The notes under the pieces were generated by a model that made no database searches, was not told the DNA's origin, and saw only the letters and a program-made list of their open reading frames with translations. Made by a program: the position numbers and the translations under genes. Positions 47,335-57,729 of a stretch of 64,000 nt of DNA are shown here, in pieces. Numbering within the stretch: position 1 is the first letter of the stretch; the number at the start of each line of letters is the position of its first letter. This DNA comes from Syntrophales bacterium (lineage in GTDB: Bacteria; Desulfobacterota; Syntrophia; Syntrophales; PHBD01): contig OY764159.1 of the NCBI GenBank assembly GCA_963668175.1, forward strand, positions 3,648,001-3,712,000, in the 5' to 3' direction.

Positions 47335-48327
47335 CTAAAGATCCGTATTTCGCGGGGTGTCGCGCAGGGCAGCAATGAGAAGAGGAATAAAGGTCGCCAA
47401 ATCCGCAACCACCCCGATGTCGGCGTGACGGAATATGGACGCCTGTTCATCTTTGTTAACGGCCACAACGGTTTTCGCTCCGGTGATACCAGCCAGGTGC
47501 TGGATCGATCCGGAGATCCCACAGGCTATATAAAGCTGAGGGCTAACGGACTTTCCCGTCAGGCCGATTTGCGACCGGTATTCAAGCCATCCTCGGTCAC
47601 AGACCGCCCGGGACCCGCCCACGGCCCCGCGGCGGAACAATCCTGCCAAATCCCTGATGAGGGTCATATTCTCCTGACTTCCCACTCCCAGGCCTGCACC
47701 GACGACGACCTCTGCATCGTCTAGTTCACGGTTTCCGGCGGGCGATTTTACGATAAAACAGGACTTCGTTTCCGAAAGCGTTATTTCCACTTCATGGTGA
47801 GAAACCTCACCCGGGAAAGCTTTAGGCCGCCTTTCTCCAGCGAAGGCGCCGGGCACGATGGTAATGACGCCCGATTGTGTGTTTGAGACTATACGCTCTT
47901 CCATCTTCCCCCATGCGCAAAGACGCCTAAAGACGGGCCTGTCGCCGGTTCGGTCGATGCCGTGAACAGCGGTGATACAAGAGACACGAAGGCCGACGGC
48001 CAATCCCGGAGCAAAATCGCACCCCCGGGCCGTATGGGGGATCACGACCCATCCGGGCCCGATGTCCATAAGATATCTGCCCAAGGCCTTCCGGTAGCCT
48101 TCCGCCGTATAAGGGTCGAGAGCATCCGCCTCCAGGGTCACGACATGGAGTCCCGTCTCTCCGGCTAAACGATCCGCCAATCCGGAAACCTCCCTGCCCA
48201 GAACGACCATTTCGATTGCCGACGCATCGTTACCGGCGAGTATGCGGGCGGAGCAAACCGCTTCATAGGTGACGTCGGCCATGCCGTTTTCGTCATATTC
48301 GGCAATGACGCGGATGTTCGTTTTCAT
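47335..48327 (-). CDS. etfA: Electron transfer flavoprotein alpha subunit
   Basis: AEVVVGAGLG, GGSRAVCD.GW, QIGLTGKSVSPQLYIACGISGSIQHLAG, AVNKD. Confidence 0.95.
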   Translation of the reverse strand: MKTNIRVIAEYDENGMADVTYEAVCSARILAGNDASAIEMVVLGREVSGLADRLAGETGLHVVTLEADALDPYTAEGYRKALGRYLMDIGPGWVVIPHTARGCDFAPGLAVGLRVSCITAVHGIDRTGDRPVFRRLCAWGKMEERIVSNTQSGVITIVPGAFAGERRPKAFPGEVSHHEVEITLSETKSCFIVKSPAGNRELDDAEVVVGAGLGVGSQENMTLIRDLAGLFRRGAVGGSRAVCDRGWLEYRSQIGLTGKSVSPQLYIACGISGSIQHLAGITGAKTVVAVNKDEQASIFRHADIGVVADLATFIPLLIAALRDTPRNTDL

Positions 48328-48422
48328 GAGTATGCCTTATCGATTCACAATCCGGCCTTATTTTCTCTCCTCCGGGAATAGCCCTCCGACAGCGGACACA
48401 TCCGGCACAATGATGCCGACAG

Positions 48423-49190
48423 TTAAACAACCCCCAGAGTTCGGATGTATCCTGCAAGTTTCTCGGCCTTTTCCGCTTCGGTTCCTGTCATCAAGTGGCC
48501 AGCCCGGGAAGAGGACGGCACGCCGAAGCCGAGAATGACTGTATCTGTCTCCCGAATCGCGGTATCCCGAATCAGCAGGATCAGGTCCTGGGTCCGGGCC
48601 CGCAGGACATGGGAAAGCGACGGATAACGCGGTTTATTGATTCCGGCCTGAACGCTGACAACGGCGGGCAAAGTCAGGACCGCGACCTCCCTCGTTGCGG
48701 CATCGATCTGCCGCTCCGCCCGGATGGTCCCGGATTGAAGATCGATCGTCAGGGAAACGGCGGCAGTTGCACATGAATAGCCGAGCCGTGCGGCGATCAT
48801 GGGTCCTGTGGCACCGTTCATATCGTCTTCGGACATCGCGCCGCACAAGACAAGGTCGTAACGTTCCTTTTCGGCATGCGAGGCGATGAGGCCGGCAACG
48901 CGGCAGGGACGGCCCATGTCTTCGTCCTCCGTCAGAAAATGGATGCCCCGGCCGGCACCCATTTCCAGGGAACGACGGATCGTCGTTTGCACCCGGGGCG
49001 GTCCCACGGATACGGCATCGACGAAAGCGCCGGGGTGTTCTTCCCCGATGACGAGGGCCTCCTCCAGGGCGAAAGCATCGAAACGATTCATCCGCCAGGA
49101 CGGATGATGGCCGTAATCGATGCGGTTGCCGTCAGTAGTAACAAGTCCCTGGGGGTCGGCCACCTGCTTGACGCAAACCAGTATCTTCAT
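48423..49190 (-). CDS. etfB: Electron transfer flavoprotein beta subunit
   Basis: MKILVCVKQV.D, MNRFD..ALEEAL, DLVLCG..S.D, NKPRYPS. Confidence 0.95.
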   Translation of the reverse strand: MKILVCVKQVADPQGLVTTDGNRIDYGHHPSWRMNRFDAFALEEALVIGEEHPGAFVDAVSVGPPRVQTTIRRSLEMGAGRGIHFLTEDEDMGRPCRVAGLIASHAEKERYDLVLCGAMSEDDMNGATGPMIAARLGYSCATAAVSLTIDLQSGTIRAERQIDAATREVAVLTLPAVVSVQAGINKPRYPSLSHVLRARTQDLILLIRDTAIRETDTVILGFGVPSSSRAGHLMTGTEAEKAEKLAGYIRTLGVV

Positions 49191-49252
49191 AAATACTCTC
49201 CCGCCTTTCGTCATGCAATATAACCCAGACTAGAAAGAGATACAATAAATAA

Positions 49253-49266
49253 AACGAGCGCTCGTT
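49253..49266. promoter_or_regulatory. Perfect 14-bp palindrome, candidate TetR operator in the divergent etfBA/ACAD promoter region
   Basis: AACGAGCGCTCGTT, just upstream of TTGACT-N17-TAACGT (49274-49302). Confidence 0.65.
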
Positions 49267-49323
49267 CTTTTTCTTGACTTCCCGTGATATGTCGCGTAAC
49301 GTCATAACATCGAGGATTAAAGC

Positions 49324-50031
49324 ATGAGCGAGATGTTTCTCGTCCGACACGGACAGGCATCATTCAGGCAGGAGAACTACGATGTCCTCTCCCCGGTCGG
49401 CATTGCACAAGCGAAGCACCTGGCTGCGCATTTCCTGACCATGGATATGCGCTTCGACACCCTCTATTCAGGCCCCCTCGAACGTCAGAAAGACACGGCG
49501 GGGCATTTTGCGGCCGAATACCGGAAACAGGCTATACCTGTCCCCGACGCGTCGATTATCGAAGGCCTTACCGAATACGACACAAGAACGGTCATCACCC
49601 GCTATCTGCCCGGAATCATCAAAAACGACCCTTCCCTGGCCCGCGATCAGAAAGAAATGTTCGCCGACTATGCCTCCTTCCGGAAGATATTTGAAAGATC
49701 CGTCATCGCCTGGGTAAACGACCCCGACTGCAAGGGCATAGAGAGCTGGCGGGACTTCTGTGCACGCATCGAAACCTCCCTGAAATACATCTTGACCGAA
49801 AACGGAAGCGGCAGGAGGATCGTCGTCTTCACCTCGGGCGGCGTCATCGCCGCCTCCATGAAGGTTGTCTTGGATATCGGCGACGAACAGGCCATGCGAC
49901 TGGGATGGGAAATCGTCAACACCTCCGTGACGAGATACAAATTCAGCGGCGGGAGCATCGGGCTCGTTTCCTTCAACTCGTCCGCCCACCTGGAATGCAG
50001 AGGAAACCGGGAATTCATCACTTATAAGTAG
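49324..50031 (+). CDS. Histidine phosphatase (phosphoglycerate mutase-like) family protein
   Basis: LVRHGQAS, SGPLERQKDTA, L.EYD, VFTSGG, N.S.T. Confidence 0.9.
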   Translation: MSEMFLVRHGQASFRQENYDVLSPVGIAQAKHLAAHFLTMDMRFDTLYSGPLERQKDTAGHFAAEYRKQAIPVPDASIIEGLTEYDTRTVITRYLPGIIKNDPSLARDQKEMFADYASFRKIFERSVIAWVNDPDCKGIESWRDFCARIETSLKYILTENGSGRRIVVFTSGGVIAASMKVVLDIGDEQAMRLGWEIVNTSVTRYKFSGGSIGLVSFNSSAHLECRGNREFITYK

Positions 50032-50045
50032 ACAAGGAGACCGAT

Positions 50046-51254
50046 ATGGATTTCGAGATTACCGACAAGATGAAGGCCATCATTTCCATGATCGACGAGT
50101 TTGTGGATCGGGAGCTGATACCTCTGGAGCCGGAATTCCTTGTCAAGGACTTCTGGGACCTCGTCCCCGTCCTGGCCGAAAAACGCCGGATCGTGCGCCG
50201 GATGGAGTTATGGGCTCCCAATCATCCGCGGGAATACGGAGGAATGGGGCTCGATCTCGTCGAGCACGGGCTTGTCTCGGCATGCCTCGGCCGAACCCCG
50301 CTGGGCCATTATGCCTTCAACTGCCAGGCGCCCGATGCGGGCAATATCGAAATCCTCCACAAATACGGAACCCCGGAGCAGAAGGAGGCCTATCTGCGTC
50401 CCCTGGTCGAGGGTCGCATCCGGAGCTGCTTTTCCATGACGGAGGTGGAGCTTCCGGGCTCCAACCCCGTCATGATGGATGCGACGGCCGTCCGCGACGG
50501 TTCCGACTATGTCATTGACGGACAGAAATGGTACTCCACCGCCGCCGACGGCGCAGCCTTCTCCATCGTCATGGCGATTACCAATCCGGAAGCCCCGCCG
50601 CATCTCAGGGCGAGCATGATCATCGTCCCCACGGGCACCCCCGGCTTCAACCTCGTCAGGAACATCTCCGTCATGGGCCATTCCGGCAGCGACTATTTCA
50701 GCCACGCGGAGATCCTTTTCCAGTCCTGCCGCGTACCGGCGGCCAACCTCCTGGGACCTGAGGGACACGGTTTTGTAATCGCCCAGGAACGGCTCGGACC
50801 AGGGAGAATCCATCATTGCATGCGCTGGATCGGAGTCTGCCAGCGGGCTTTCGATCTCATGTGCCAACGGGCGCGAAGCAGGGCCATCACCCCGGACGGC
50901 AAGACCCTGGCAACCAGGCAGATCATCCAGTCATGGATCGCCGAGTCGGCGGCGGAAATCCGCGCCGCCCGCCTCATGACCCTCAACGCCGCCTGGACAA
51001 TCGAAAAGCAGGGCGCCAAGGCGGCCCGCGTGGATATCTCCCTCATCAAATTCTTCGTCGCTTCCGTGATGATGAAAGTCCTGGACCGCGCTCTCCAGGT
51101 GCACGGCGGCCTGGGCATGACCGACGATACGATCGTCGCCTTCTTTTACCGGCACGAACGGGCGGCACGCATCTATGACGGCGCCGACGAGGTCCACAAA
51201 GTCAATGCCGCCCGGCAAATCCTGAAGGGATACGAGGGAAGGAACGTTCGCTGA
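50046..51254 (+). CDS. Acyl-CoA dehydrogenase, ACAD10/ACAD11/LvaC-like
   Basis: NCQAPDAGNIE, FSMTE, RLGPGRIHHCMR, QVHGGLG, RIYDGADEVH. Confidence 0.92.
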   Translation: MDFEITDKMKAIISMIDEFVDRELIPLEPEFLVKDFWDLVPVLAEKRRIVRRMELWAPNHPREYGGMGLDLVEHGLVSACLGRTPLGHYAFNCQAPDAGNIEILHKYGTPEQKEAYLRPLVEGRIRSCFSMTEVELPGSNPVMMDATAVRDGSDYVIDGQKWYSTAADGAAFSIVMAITNPEAPPHLRASMIIVPTGTPGFNLVRNISVMGHSGSDYFSHAEILFQSCRVPAANLLGPEGHGFVIAQERLGPGRIHHCMRWIGVCQRAFDLMCQRARSRAITPDGKTLATRQIIQSWIAESAAEIRAARLMTLNAAWTIEKQGAKAARVDISLIKFFVASVMMKVLDRALQVHGGLGMTDDTIVAFFYRHERAARIYDGADEVHKVNAARQILKGYEGRNVR

Positions 51255-51255
51255 C

Positions 51256-51936
51256 ATGACCTTCGAAGATTTCAAAAAGATGGTTTCCGTCTCCAAGGAG
51301 GAGATCTGCCGTGAGATCCTGGAGGCGAACCGCGACAAGATCAAGGTGAAGAAAGAAAAGAAAGTCGTGGAGAACCTGGTGAAGATTTTCGATGCCACAC
51401 TGGATATCAGCAACCGTGAAGGGTTCAGCAACATGACGGTCAGGAACTTAAGCAGAAAGTCCGGCCTCAGTATGGGTGCTCTCTATTCGTATTTCTCCAA
51501 TAAGGATGAATTGCTTACGATGATCCAGACCCAGGGGCGGGAAACGAGCCGGCGGGTCCTCGAATCCCAGGTCGCCCCGATCGACGGCCCCAGGAGGAAG
51601 CTGCACCGGGCCATCCAGTGCCACCTTTATCTCAGCGAGGTCATGCAGCCCTGGTTTTATTTCTCCTATATCGAGGCCAGGAATTTGAGTAAACCGGAGC
51701 AAAAACGGGCCATCGCCAGCGAATTGGAAGCAGAGGCCGTTTTTCGGGACATTATGACAGAGGGCATCCGTCAGGGGGTTTACGCTGAAAAGGACACCTC
51801 ACTTCCAGCATCGGTTCTGAAGGCGATGCTGCAGGACTGGTACGTGAAACGATGGAAGTACAAACAGAGGGCGATATCCATCGATACGTATGCGGACTTC
51901 GTCATCGACTTTCTCGAGACCTACCTGAAAAAATGA
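51256..51936 (+). CDS. TetR/AcrR family transcriptional regulator
   Basis: GFSNMTVRNLSRKSGLSMGALYSYFSNKDEL HTH. Confidence 0.92.
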   Translation: MTFEDFKKMVSVSKEEICREILEANRDKIKVKKEKKVVENLVKIFDATLDISNREGFSNMTVRNLSRKSGLSMGALYSYFSNKDELLTMIQTQGRETSRRVLESQVAPIDGPRRKLHRAIQCHLYLSEVMQPWFYFSYIEARNLSKPEQKRAIASELEAEAVFRDIMTEGIRQGVYAEKDTSLPASVLKAMLQDWYVKRWKYKQRAISIDTYADFVIDFLETYLKK

Positions 51937-52074
51937 CGGATTCAAGGGTGAACGGCATCTTTGTACAGAGAGTGCATCGTATAATGATAGGCGAAAGAGA
52001 ATAAGCGCGTATAGAGGCGAAAAAGACTTTTCCATCACGGTTTTAAAAAGAAACAACCAGGAGACGGTTGAACC

Positions 52075-53151
52075 ATGAAAAAGCAATGGACCGACGAGGC
52101 TGCATCCGTCAGGACCGATGAAGGCCTCGATGCGAAAAAGATCGGGGCTTTCCTGAAGGACACGATCCCCGGCCTGGACGGCGATATGGTCATCCGGCAG
52201 TTTCCCAGCGGTTATTCGAACCTGACGTACCTCATCACGGGGCAGGGGTGGGAGCTGGTCCTGAGAAGACCGCCCTTCGGCAAAAAGGCAAAAACAGCCC
52301 ATGACATGGGACGGGAATACCGGATGCTCACAGCCCTGAAGCCCGTTTTTCCCTACTGCCCGACACCCCTGGCCTATACGGAGGACGAATCCGTCATCGG
52401 CTCCCCATTCTATGTCATGGAGAGAATCCGGGGCATTATCCTTCGGAAGGAACTGCCTAAAGGCATGACGATTTCCCCTTCCGATATGGCGGCCCTGTGC
52501 GACGAACTGCTCCGCATCCATGCCGAACTCCACGCTGTGGATTACCGCAAGATCGGCCTTGAAGATTTCGGCAGGCCGGACGGATACGCGGAGAGACAGG
52601 TTGCGGGCTGGAGCAGCCGCTTTCGCGAGGCAAGGACGCCCGATGCGCCCGACTTTGAAACCGTCATGTCCTGGCTGAAAGAGAGTATCCCGCCGGTATC
52701 GGCCCCGCCTTCCCTCATTCACAACGATTATAAATTCGACAACGTGGTCCTCGATCCGGACAATCCCCTCAAAATCATCGGCGTGCTTGACTGGGAAATG
52801 GCGACCATCGGCGATCCCCTGATGGATCTGGGAAGCTCCCTGGCCTACTGGGTCGAGAAAGGGGACCCCGAAACGATGGAGATGATACGCACTCTGCCGT
52901 CCAATATCGACGGCGCCCCGACGAGAAAAGAGCTCGTCGCGCGCTATGTCGAACAGTCCGGCCTCAACGTCGACCGTTTCGATTTTTATTATTGCTTCGG
53001 TCTCTTCCGTCTGGCCGTAATCGCACAACAGATATACTACCGTTTTTACCACGGCCAGACCAAAGATGATCGCTTCGGCATGCTTGTCGTCGCCGTGAAA
53101 ATCCTGGAGAAGCTGGCGCTGAAAGTGATCGACAGGCCGGGAAGCTGGTGA
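52075..53151 (+). CDS. APH-family phosphotransferase, ACAD10/11 N-terminal kinase / LvaA-like
   Basis: QFPSGYSNLTY, VLRRPP, AHDMGRE, FYVME, HNDYKFDN, LDWEMATIGDPL.DL. Confidence 0.92.
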   Translation: MKKQWTDEAASVRTDEGLDAKKIGAFLKDTIPGLDGDMVIRQFPSGYSNLTYLITGQGWELVLRRPPFGKKAKTAHDMGREYRMLTALKPVFPYCPTPLAYTEDESVIGSPFYVMERIRGIILRKELPKGMTISPSDMAALCDELLRIHAELHAVDYRKIGLEDFGRPDGYAERQVAGWSSRFREARTPDAPDFETVMSWLKESIPPVSAPPSLIHNDYKFDNVVLDPDNPLKIIGVLDWEMATIGDPLMDLGSSLAYWVEKGDPETMEMIRTLPSNIDGAPTRKELVARYVEQSGLNVDRFDFYYCFGLFRLAVIAQQIYYRFYHGQTKDDRFGMLVVAVKILEKLALKVIDRPGSW

Positions 53152-53249
53152 TACCGGACCATACGATTCGGTTGCTCAGCCAATTCCGAAGGAGCCCGCA
53201 TCGTCACCGTCTTCCGCATGACAGAACAAACCAGTGAAAGGGGAACAAT

Positions 53250-54008
53250 ATGATTCAATTTTCTTTGAAGGACAAAGTGGCTCTGATTACCGGGGCCAGC
53301 CGGGGTATCGGCGAGGCAATAGCCCTGACCCTGGCGGAATATGGTGCTGAATGCGTTCTCGTCGGCAGAAAGATCGATGCCCTGCAAACCGTTGCCGACG
53401 GCATCGTCCGGAAGGGAGGCAAGGCCCACCCCATGGCCTGCAACATGGGCGACATGAAACAGATCGACAACCTCATCGGCGAAATGAAGGAGAAATTCGG
53501 TAAGCTTGACATACTCGTCAACAACGCAGCGACCAATCCTTTTTTCGGAGAGATGGTGAACGCGGACGAAGGGGTTTGGGACAAGATCAACGACGTCAAC
53601 ATTAAAGGACCGTTCTTCATGATTCAGAAGGTTGTCCCCCTCATGACCGCCGCGGGAGGAGGAGCCGTCGTCAACGTATCGTCGGTGAACGGAATACGGT
53701 CCGGCATATTCCAGGGAATCTATTCCATCACCAAGGCGGCGCTGATCTCCATGACACAGGCCTACGCCAAGGAACTGGCCGGAAAGAACATCCGCGTCAA
53801 TGCCCTTCTTCCAGGCCTCACGGACACGAAGTTCTCCAAAGCGCTGATCGACAACGAATTCATCCACAAGGAGATCGTGAAAATGATCCCTCTGGGACGG
53901 GTGGCGAAACCGATGGATATGGCCGGAGCCGTCCTCTACCTGGTTTCGGATGCTTCATCCTATACAACGGGTGCGTGCCTGACTTGCGATGGCGGGTTCC
54001 TGGCTTGA
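53250..54008 (+). CDS. Short-chain dehydrogenase/reductase (DHRS4-like)
   Basis: TGASRGIG, NNAATNP, YSITK (YxxxK), PGLTDT. Confidence 0.93.
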   Translation: MIQFSLKDKVALITGASRGIGEAIALTLAEYGAECVLVGRKIDALQTVADGIVRKGGKAHPMACNMGDMKQIDNLIGEMKEKFGKLDILVNNAATNPFFGEMVNADEGVWDKINDVNIKGPFFMIQKVVPLMTAAGGGAVVNVSSVNGIRSGIFQGIYSITKAALISMTQAYAKELAGKNIRVNALLPGLTDTKFSKALIDNEFIHKEIVKMIPLGRVAKPMDMAGAVLYLVSDASSYTTGACLTCDGGFLA

Positions 54009-54160
54009 CCGATGCGGGGGAAAGAACTACCGGCGGTTGTATTAATCCTTATCCGATATTTTGGTCTGCACCCCAGATGCTGCCTGGGGTGCAGTTCTTT
54101 TCCAGTTCTGAACCTTCTTCGACTAAGTATCCTTTTTTATCCAGAGATTTTAAAACTTCA

Positions 54161-54535
54161 CTACTCCGATGCAATCGCGTCTTCAAAAGCAGCCAGGATC
54201 TTGGGAAGCACGACATTCAGCACAAGCCCCAACTTTGCCTTCTCGGTATTGACGGCAACCGCCCACTGGTACTCGCCGCACGGCATGATTAAGACGCCGA
54301 CATCGCCTTCGAGATCCAGGTAATAGAAACGCCGGAGAGGGGCATACCCTTGGGCCAAGGCTTTTTTAATAGAGTTGGTAATTTCGGTCGTCAGCGAGGC
54401 CGCCCCTGCTTTGGTCGATCCCACTGAAACCAAGGGCTGGGCGTCCTTCAGCGACAGAATAGTCGATGCAATCAACCCGTCTCCCAAATCCTCTTTCAAA
54501 ATCGCCAAACAGTTATTCAACTTCTTGATATTCAT
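54161..54535 (-). CDS. Roadblock/profilin-fold-like small protein
   Basis: 124 aa alpha-beta-beta-alpha-beta-beta-beta-alpha pattern ending AKLGLVLN; AAGGAG RBS. Confidence 0.6.
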   Translation of the reverse strand: MNIKKLNNCLAILKEDLGDGLIASTILSLKDAQPLVSVGSTKAGAASLTTEITNSIKKALAQGYAPLRRFYYLDLEGDVGVLIMPCGEYQWAVAVNTEKAKLGLVLNVVLPKILAAFEDAIASE

Positions 54536-55256
54536 ATCTGTCTCCTTTACACCAATAATAATATAAACAACCTACGAAACTGATTCTATGAGCCTCTTTT
54601 ACAAGTTAACTGCCGGTTTAATGGAAAAGTAGGATGAAACCTCGTTCTTTTTGCGTTGACATTGAATTTCACCGTGCTGTTTGAAAAAGATTTATTCTAA
54701 GCATTGTCTGCGGAATCGTGACGGACACCCCGGATGGACGGTTGGAAGTCACTCGTTGTTGCTTTGATACCATGCAAGATTGGAACATGTACAAAACAGC
54801 CAAAAAAGATCCTGTCACTTGCCGTCTGCCTAGATAGTTTGCCCCTGCTCTCTGCAAAGCAATGTATTACATAATTTTATATTATAGTCAATAGCCTGTT
54901 TTCAATATCTTATATGGAGATGGTGAATCGTTGGGATAAGATAAGAGGGATCGATGATCGCCGACATCTTTGGTGATGTTGGATCTAAGCCACCAAGTTC
55001 ATAATACAATTCATTTTTTCGAAAGTTTCCCGCATCGTGCCGACTCATCAAAGCCGGCAACTGCGGAGTCCGACCTTAGAACGCCGGCCTCGCGGCAAGG
55101 CACGGATACGGTGAATCGTTCCCCGGCAAAGTATCGTAACTGAAGCGCAGGTTGAAAGAAGCAAACGACCCGGCAGCAGCGTTACATCGGATGTTTTGTC
55201 CCCGGAATACGGAAAGTGACTTTCGGATACGGCGATAAGGAAGGTGACATAGGGTT

Positions 55257-57416
55257 CTAATTGTTCGCCAGTTTAAAGCCTCTCTCCCTGAACAATCTAA
55301 GACAGGCATCGACGACGTCCCGGTCGTACAAGGTCCCCCTGTTCAATTCGATTTCCTGGAGGGCGGTCTCGATCCCCAGCGCGGGCCGGTAGGGACGATG
55401 GGAGCAGATGGCTTCCACCACATCGGCCAGGGCCAGGATACGGGCATCCAGCAGGATGTCATCGCCGGTCAGCCCGCTGGGGTAGCCGGAACCGTCCAAT
55501 CTTTCGTGATGTTCCAGCACCATCCTGGCGATGGGCCAGGGGAATTCGATGCTTTTCAGTATATCGTACCCGGCCCGCGGATGTTCTTCAACCATCCGGA
55601 ATTCGATCTCCGTCAATTTTGTCGGCCTGCTGAGAATCTCCGCGGGAACGGAGATCTTGCCGATGTCGTGAATCATGCTCGCCAGGCGGATGCCGTCGAT
55701 CCGATGGCTGTCCAGGTTCATCTCCTTGGCAATCGCCCTTGCCAGATCGGCCACCCGCTTCTGGTGGTCCGCCGTATAGGGATCTCTCGTGCTCACGGCC
55801 ACGGACATGGCCTGGATGGTTCCGCGAAGCGTATTCCGCAGCGTTTCCAAGGTTTCGGTGACCTGGTTCTCGGCGCGGCGTCGGTCCGTAATGTCGCGGG
55901 CCACAGCCTGCATACCTCCGATCTGTCCACCGCTTCGGAGCAACTGGACGCTCTGGCCGAACCACATTTCCCGTCCGTCTTTGGCCGTAATGGCGACTTC
56001 ATAATACGTATTCGGAATGCCCTCCTGAAACTGCCGCAGATAAAAGGCCTCCACCTCTTCCTTTTGATCTTCCTTGATGAATTCCAGGAAATGTTTCCCG
56101 ATGAACTCCTTTTCCGCATAGCCCGTTATCCTTAAGGCGAAGGGATTGATATAACTGAACCTGCCGTTGATATCGGTTCTGTAAATGATATCGTTGGCAT
56201 CTTCTACAAGCTGGCGGTATCTGCTCTCACTTTGACGCAAGGCTTCTTCAGCCTTCCTGCGTTCGGTCACGTCCAGGAAGGAAACAGCCACTTTCTTCAT
56301 CCCTGGAATGGCAGCCACATTGATAATCGTATCCTTGACATCGCCGCATTTGGTGATGAATTTGATCTCGTGACTGACAGGGACATCCTTTTCTCCGGCG
56401 AAACGTTTCCGGTTGCTCGCAATCAGTTTCTCCACGTCCTCTTTCGCTATCAGATCGGTCCACTTCTTGTTGCCGATGATCTCCGTCTTGGTGTAGCCGG
56501 TGAATCTCTCACAAGCCGAATTTCCCATGACAATCGTCGCATCCTCATCGGCAATCCCAATGGCCGTAGCGGAATTCTCGAAGATGGTTTTGTAATAGGC
56601 TTCCGATTCGCGGAGCATCTCTTCTGCCCGCATGCGCTCGCTGATATCGGTGAAAGTCAGTTGAAGCTGAAACGGCACGCCGTCTTTTTTCAGGATCGTT
56701 GTCTTCAGATCAACCCACAACAGCGTTCCATCCTTGCAGGCAACTTGGATTTCCGAAGTCCGGTGTCGATCTCCCGCCAGACGGGCGGCAAGCCGTTCCA
56801 GCAGCTTTTGCCTCGTTTCTTCAGCAAAAAAACCGATAACCAGGCCGTTTTTCCCTACCAATTCCTCCCTTGTCCATCCGGTCTTTTCTTCAATATGCCG
56901 ATTGACGAACCGGATATTGCCGGATAGATCCGTAACGCAGAAGCCCATCGGCGCGTCTTCGATAAAATTGATGTAACTTTCAACATTCTCATTCAACGTC
57001 CGCTCCATCTCTTTATCGGTGGTCATATCGATCATCACCCCGATCCAGCCTATAAAACAACCATTGTCCGTCAGCGGGCGGGCGGATGTACGCATGGGCA
57101 AAGACGTGCCGTTTTTGACGACAAACCGGAATTCGAAAGGGGCTGGATCGCCGGCCGATATTCTTTCAAGGCTGGCCCGCAGACCCGGAAGATCATCGGG
57201 CTCGGTAAAATCGGCCAGGGGACGGCCAACAACTTCCTTTACGTCGTAAAGCCCCAACCGCTCAATGGCCGGACTGATATAGATCAGACGACCTTCCGGA
57301 TCGAGATAAAAGATGATTTCGTTTAAGATTTCAACCAAGGAGCGGAAGCCTTCTTCCGTTATCGCTAATGGATCTTTTAAACGGCTGGAATCGGCATCCC
57401 GGCAAAATTCTGCCAT
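55257..57416 (-). CDS. Multi-PAS HD-GYP cyclic di-nucleotide phosphodiesterase
   Basis: Four PAS repeats; RDPYT..H, HDIGK, HHERLDGSGYP, ADVVEA. Confidence 0.93.
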   Translation of the reverse strand: MAEFCRDADSSRLKDPLAITEEGFRSLVEILNEIIFYLDPEGRLIYISPAIERLGLYDVKEVVGRPLADFTEPDDLPGLRASLERISAGDPAPFEFRFVVKNGTSLPMRTSARPLTDNGCFIGWIGVMIDMTTDKEMERTLNENVESYINFIEDAPMGFCVTDLSGNIRFVNRHIEEKTGWTREELVGKNGLVIGFFAEETRQKLLERLAARLAGDRHRTSEIQVACKDGTLLWVDLKTTILKKDGVPFQLQLTFTDISERMRAEEMLRESEAYYKTIFENSATAIGIADEDATIVMGNSACERFTGYTKTEIIGNKKWTDLIAKEDVEKLIASNRKRFAGEKDVPVSHEIKFITKCGDVKDTIINVAAIPGMKKVAVSFLDVTERRKAEEALRQSESRYRQLVEDANDIIYRTDINGRFSYINPFALRITGYAEKEFIGKHFLEFIKEDQKEEVEAFYLRQFQEGIPNTYYEVAITAKDGREMWFGQSVQLLRSGGQIGGMQAVARDITDRRRAENQVTETLETLRNTLRGTIQAMSVAVSTRDPYTADHQKRVADLARAIAKEMNLDSHRIDGIRLASMIHDIGKISVPAEILSRPTKLTEIEFRMVEEHPRAGYDILKSIEFPWPIARMVLEHHERLDGSGYPSGLTGDDILLDARILALADVVEAICSHRPYRPALGIETALQEIELNRGTLYDRDVVDACLRLFRERGFKLANN

Positions 57417-57729
57417 TGCTTCGTTCCCCCCCAGAGTGCCTTTAATGTGATCAGTTCCCTCGCCTCATACAAGCCGACACGGAAAAGACTCCATACCGAC
57501 GCGGCACAACCGCTTCAAAGCGATCGAGACGGATTGTATGACATTTTCGTAACATTATCGATGGCAATCCGACAATTTTCTGGGAGTTGTATAAATGATA
57601 TCGGGGGCGATGGCAAGGAGATTATCTGTCATACAAAGAGGATGGAATTGCCGGGTGAATCGTTTAAGAGGCTGCCCATCAACATGGGGACCGCGTATGA
57701 TGATGGCGCAGTCGCCAGGCGATATTCGC

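Noticed and set aside
54800..54850. GGGCAAAC on the minus strand, like the start of a c-di-GMP-I riboswitch
   Set aside because: The following GAAA-loop hairpin and GACGCAAAG motif are absent.
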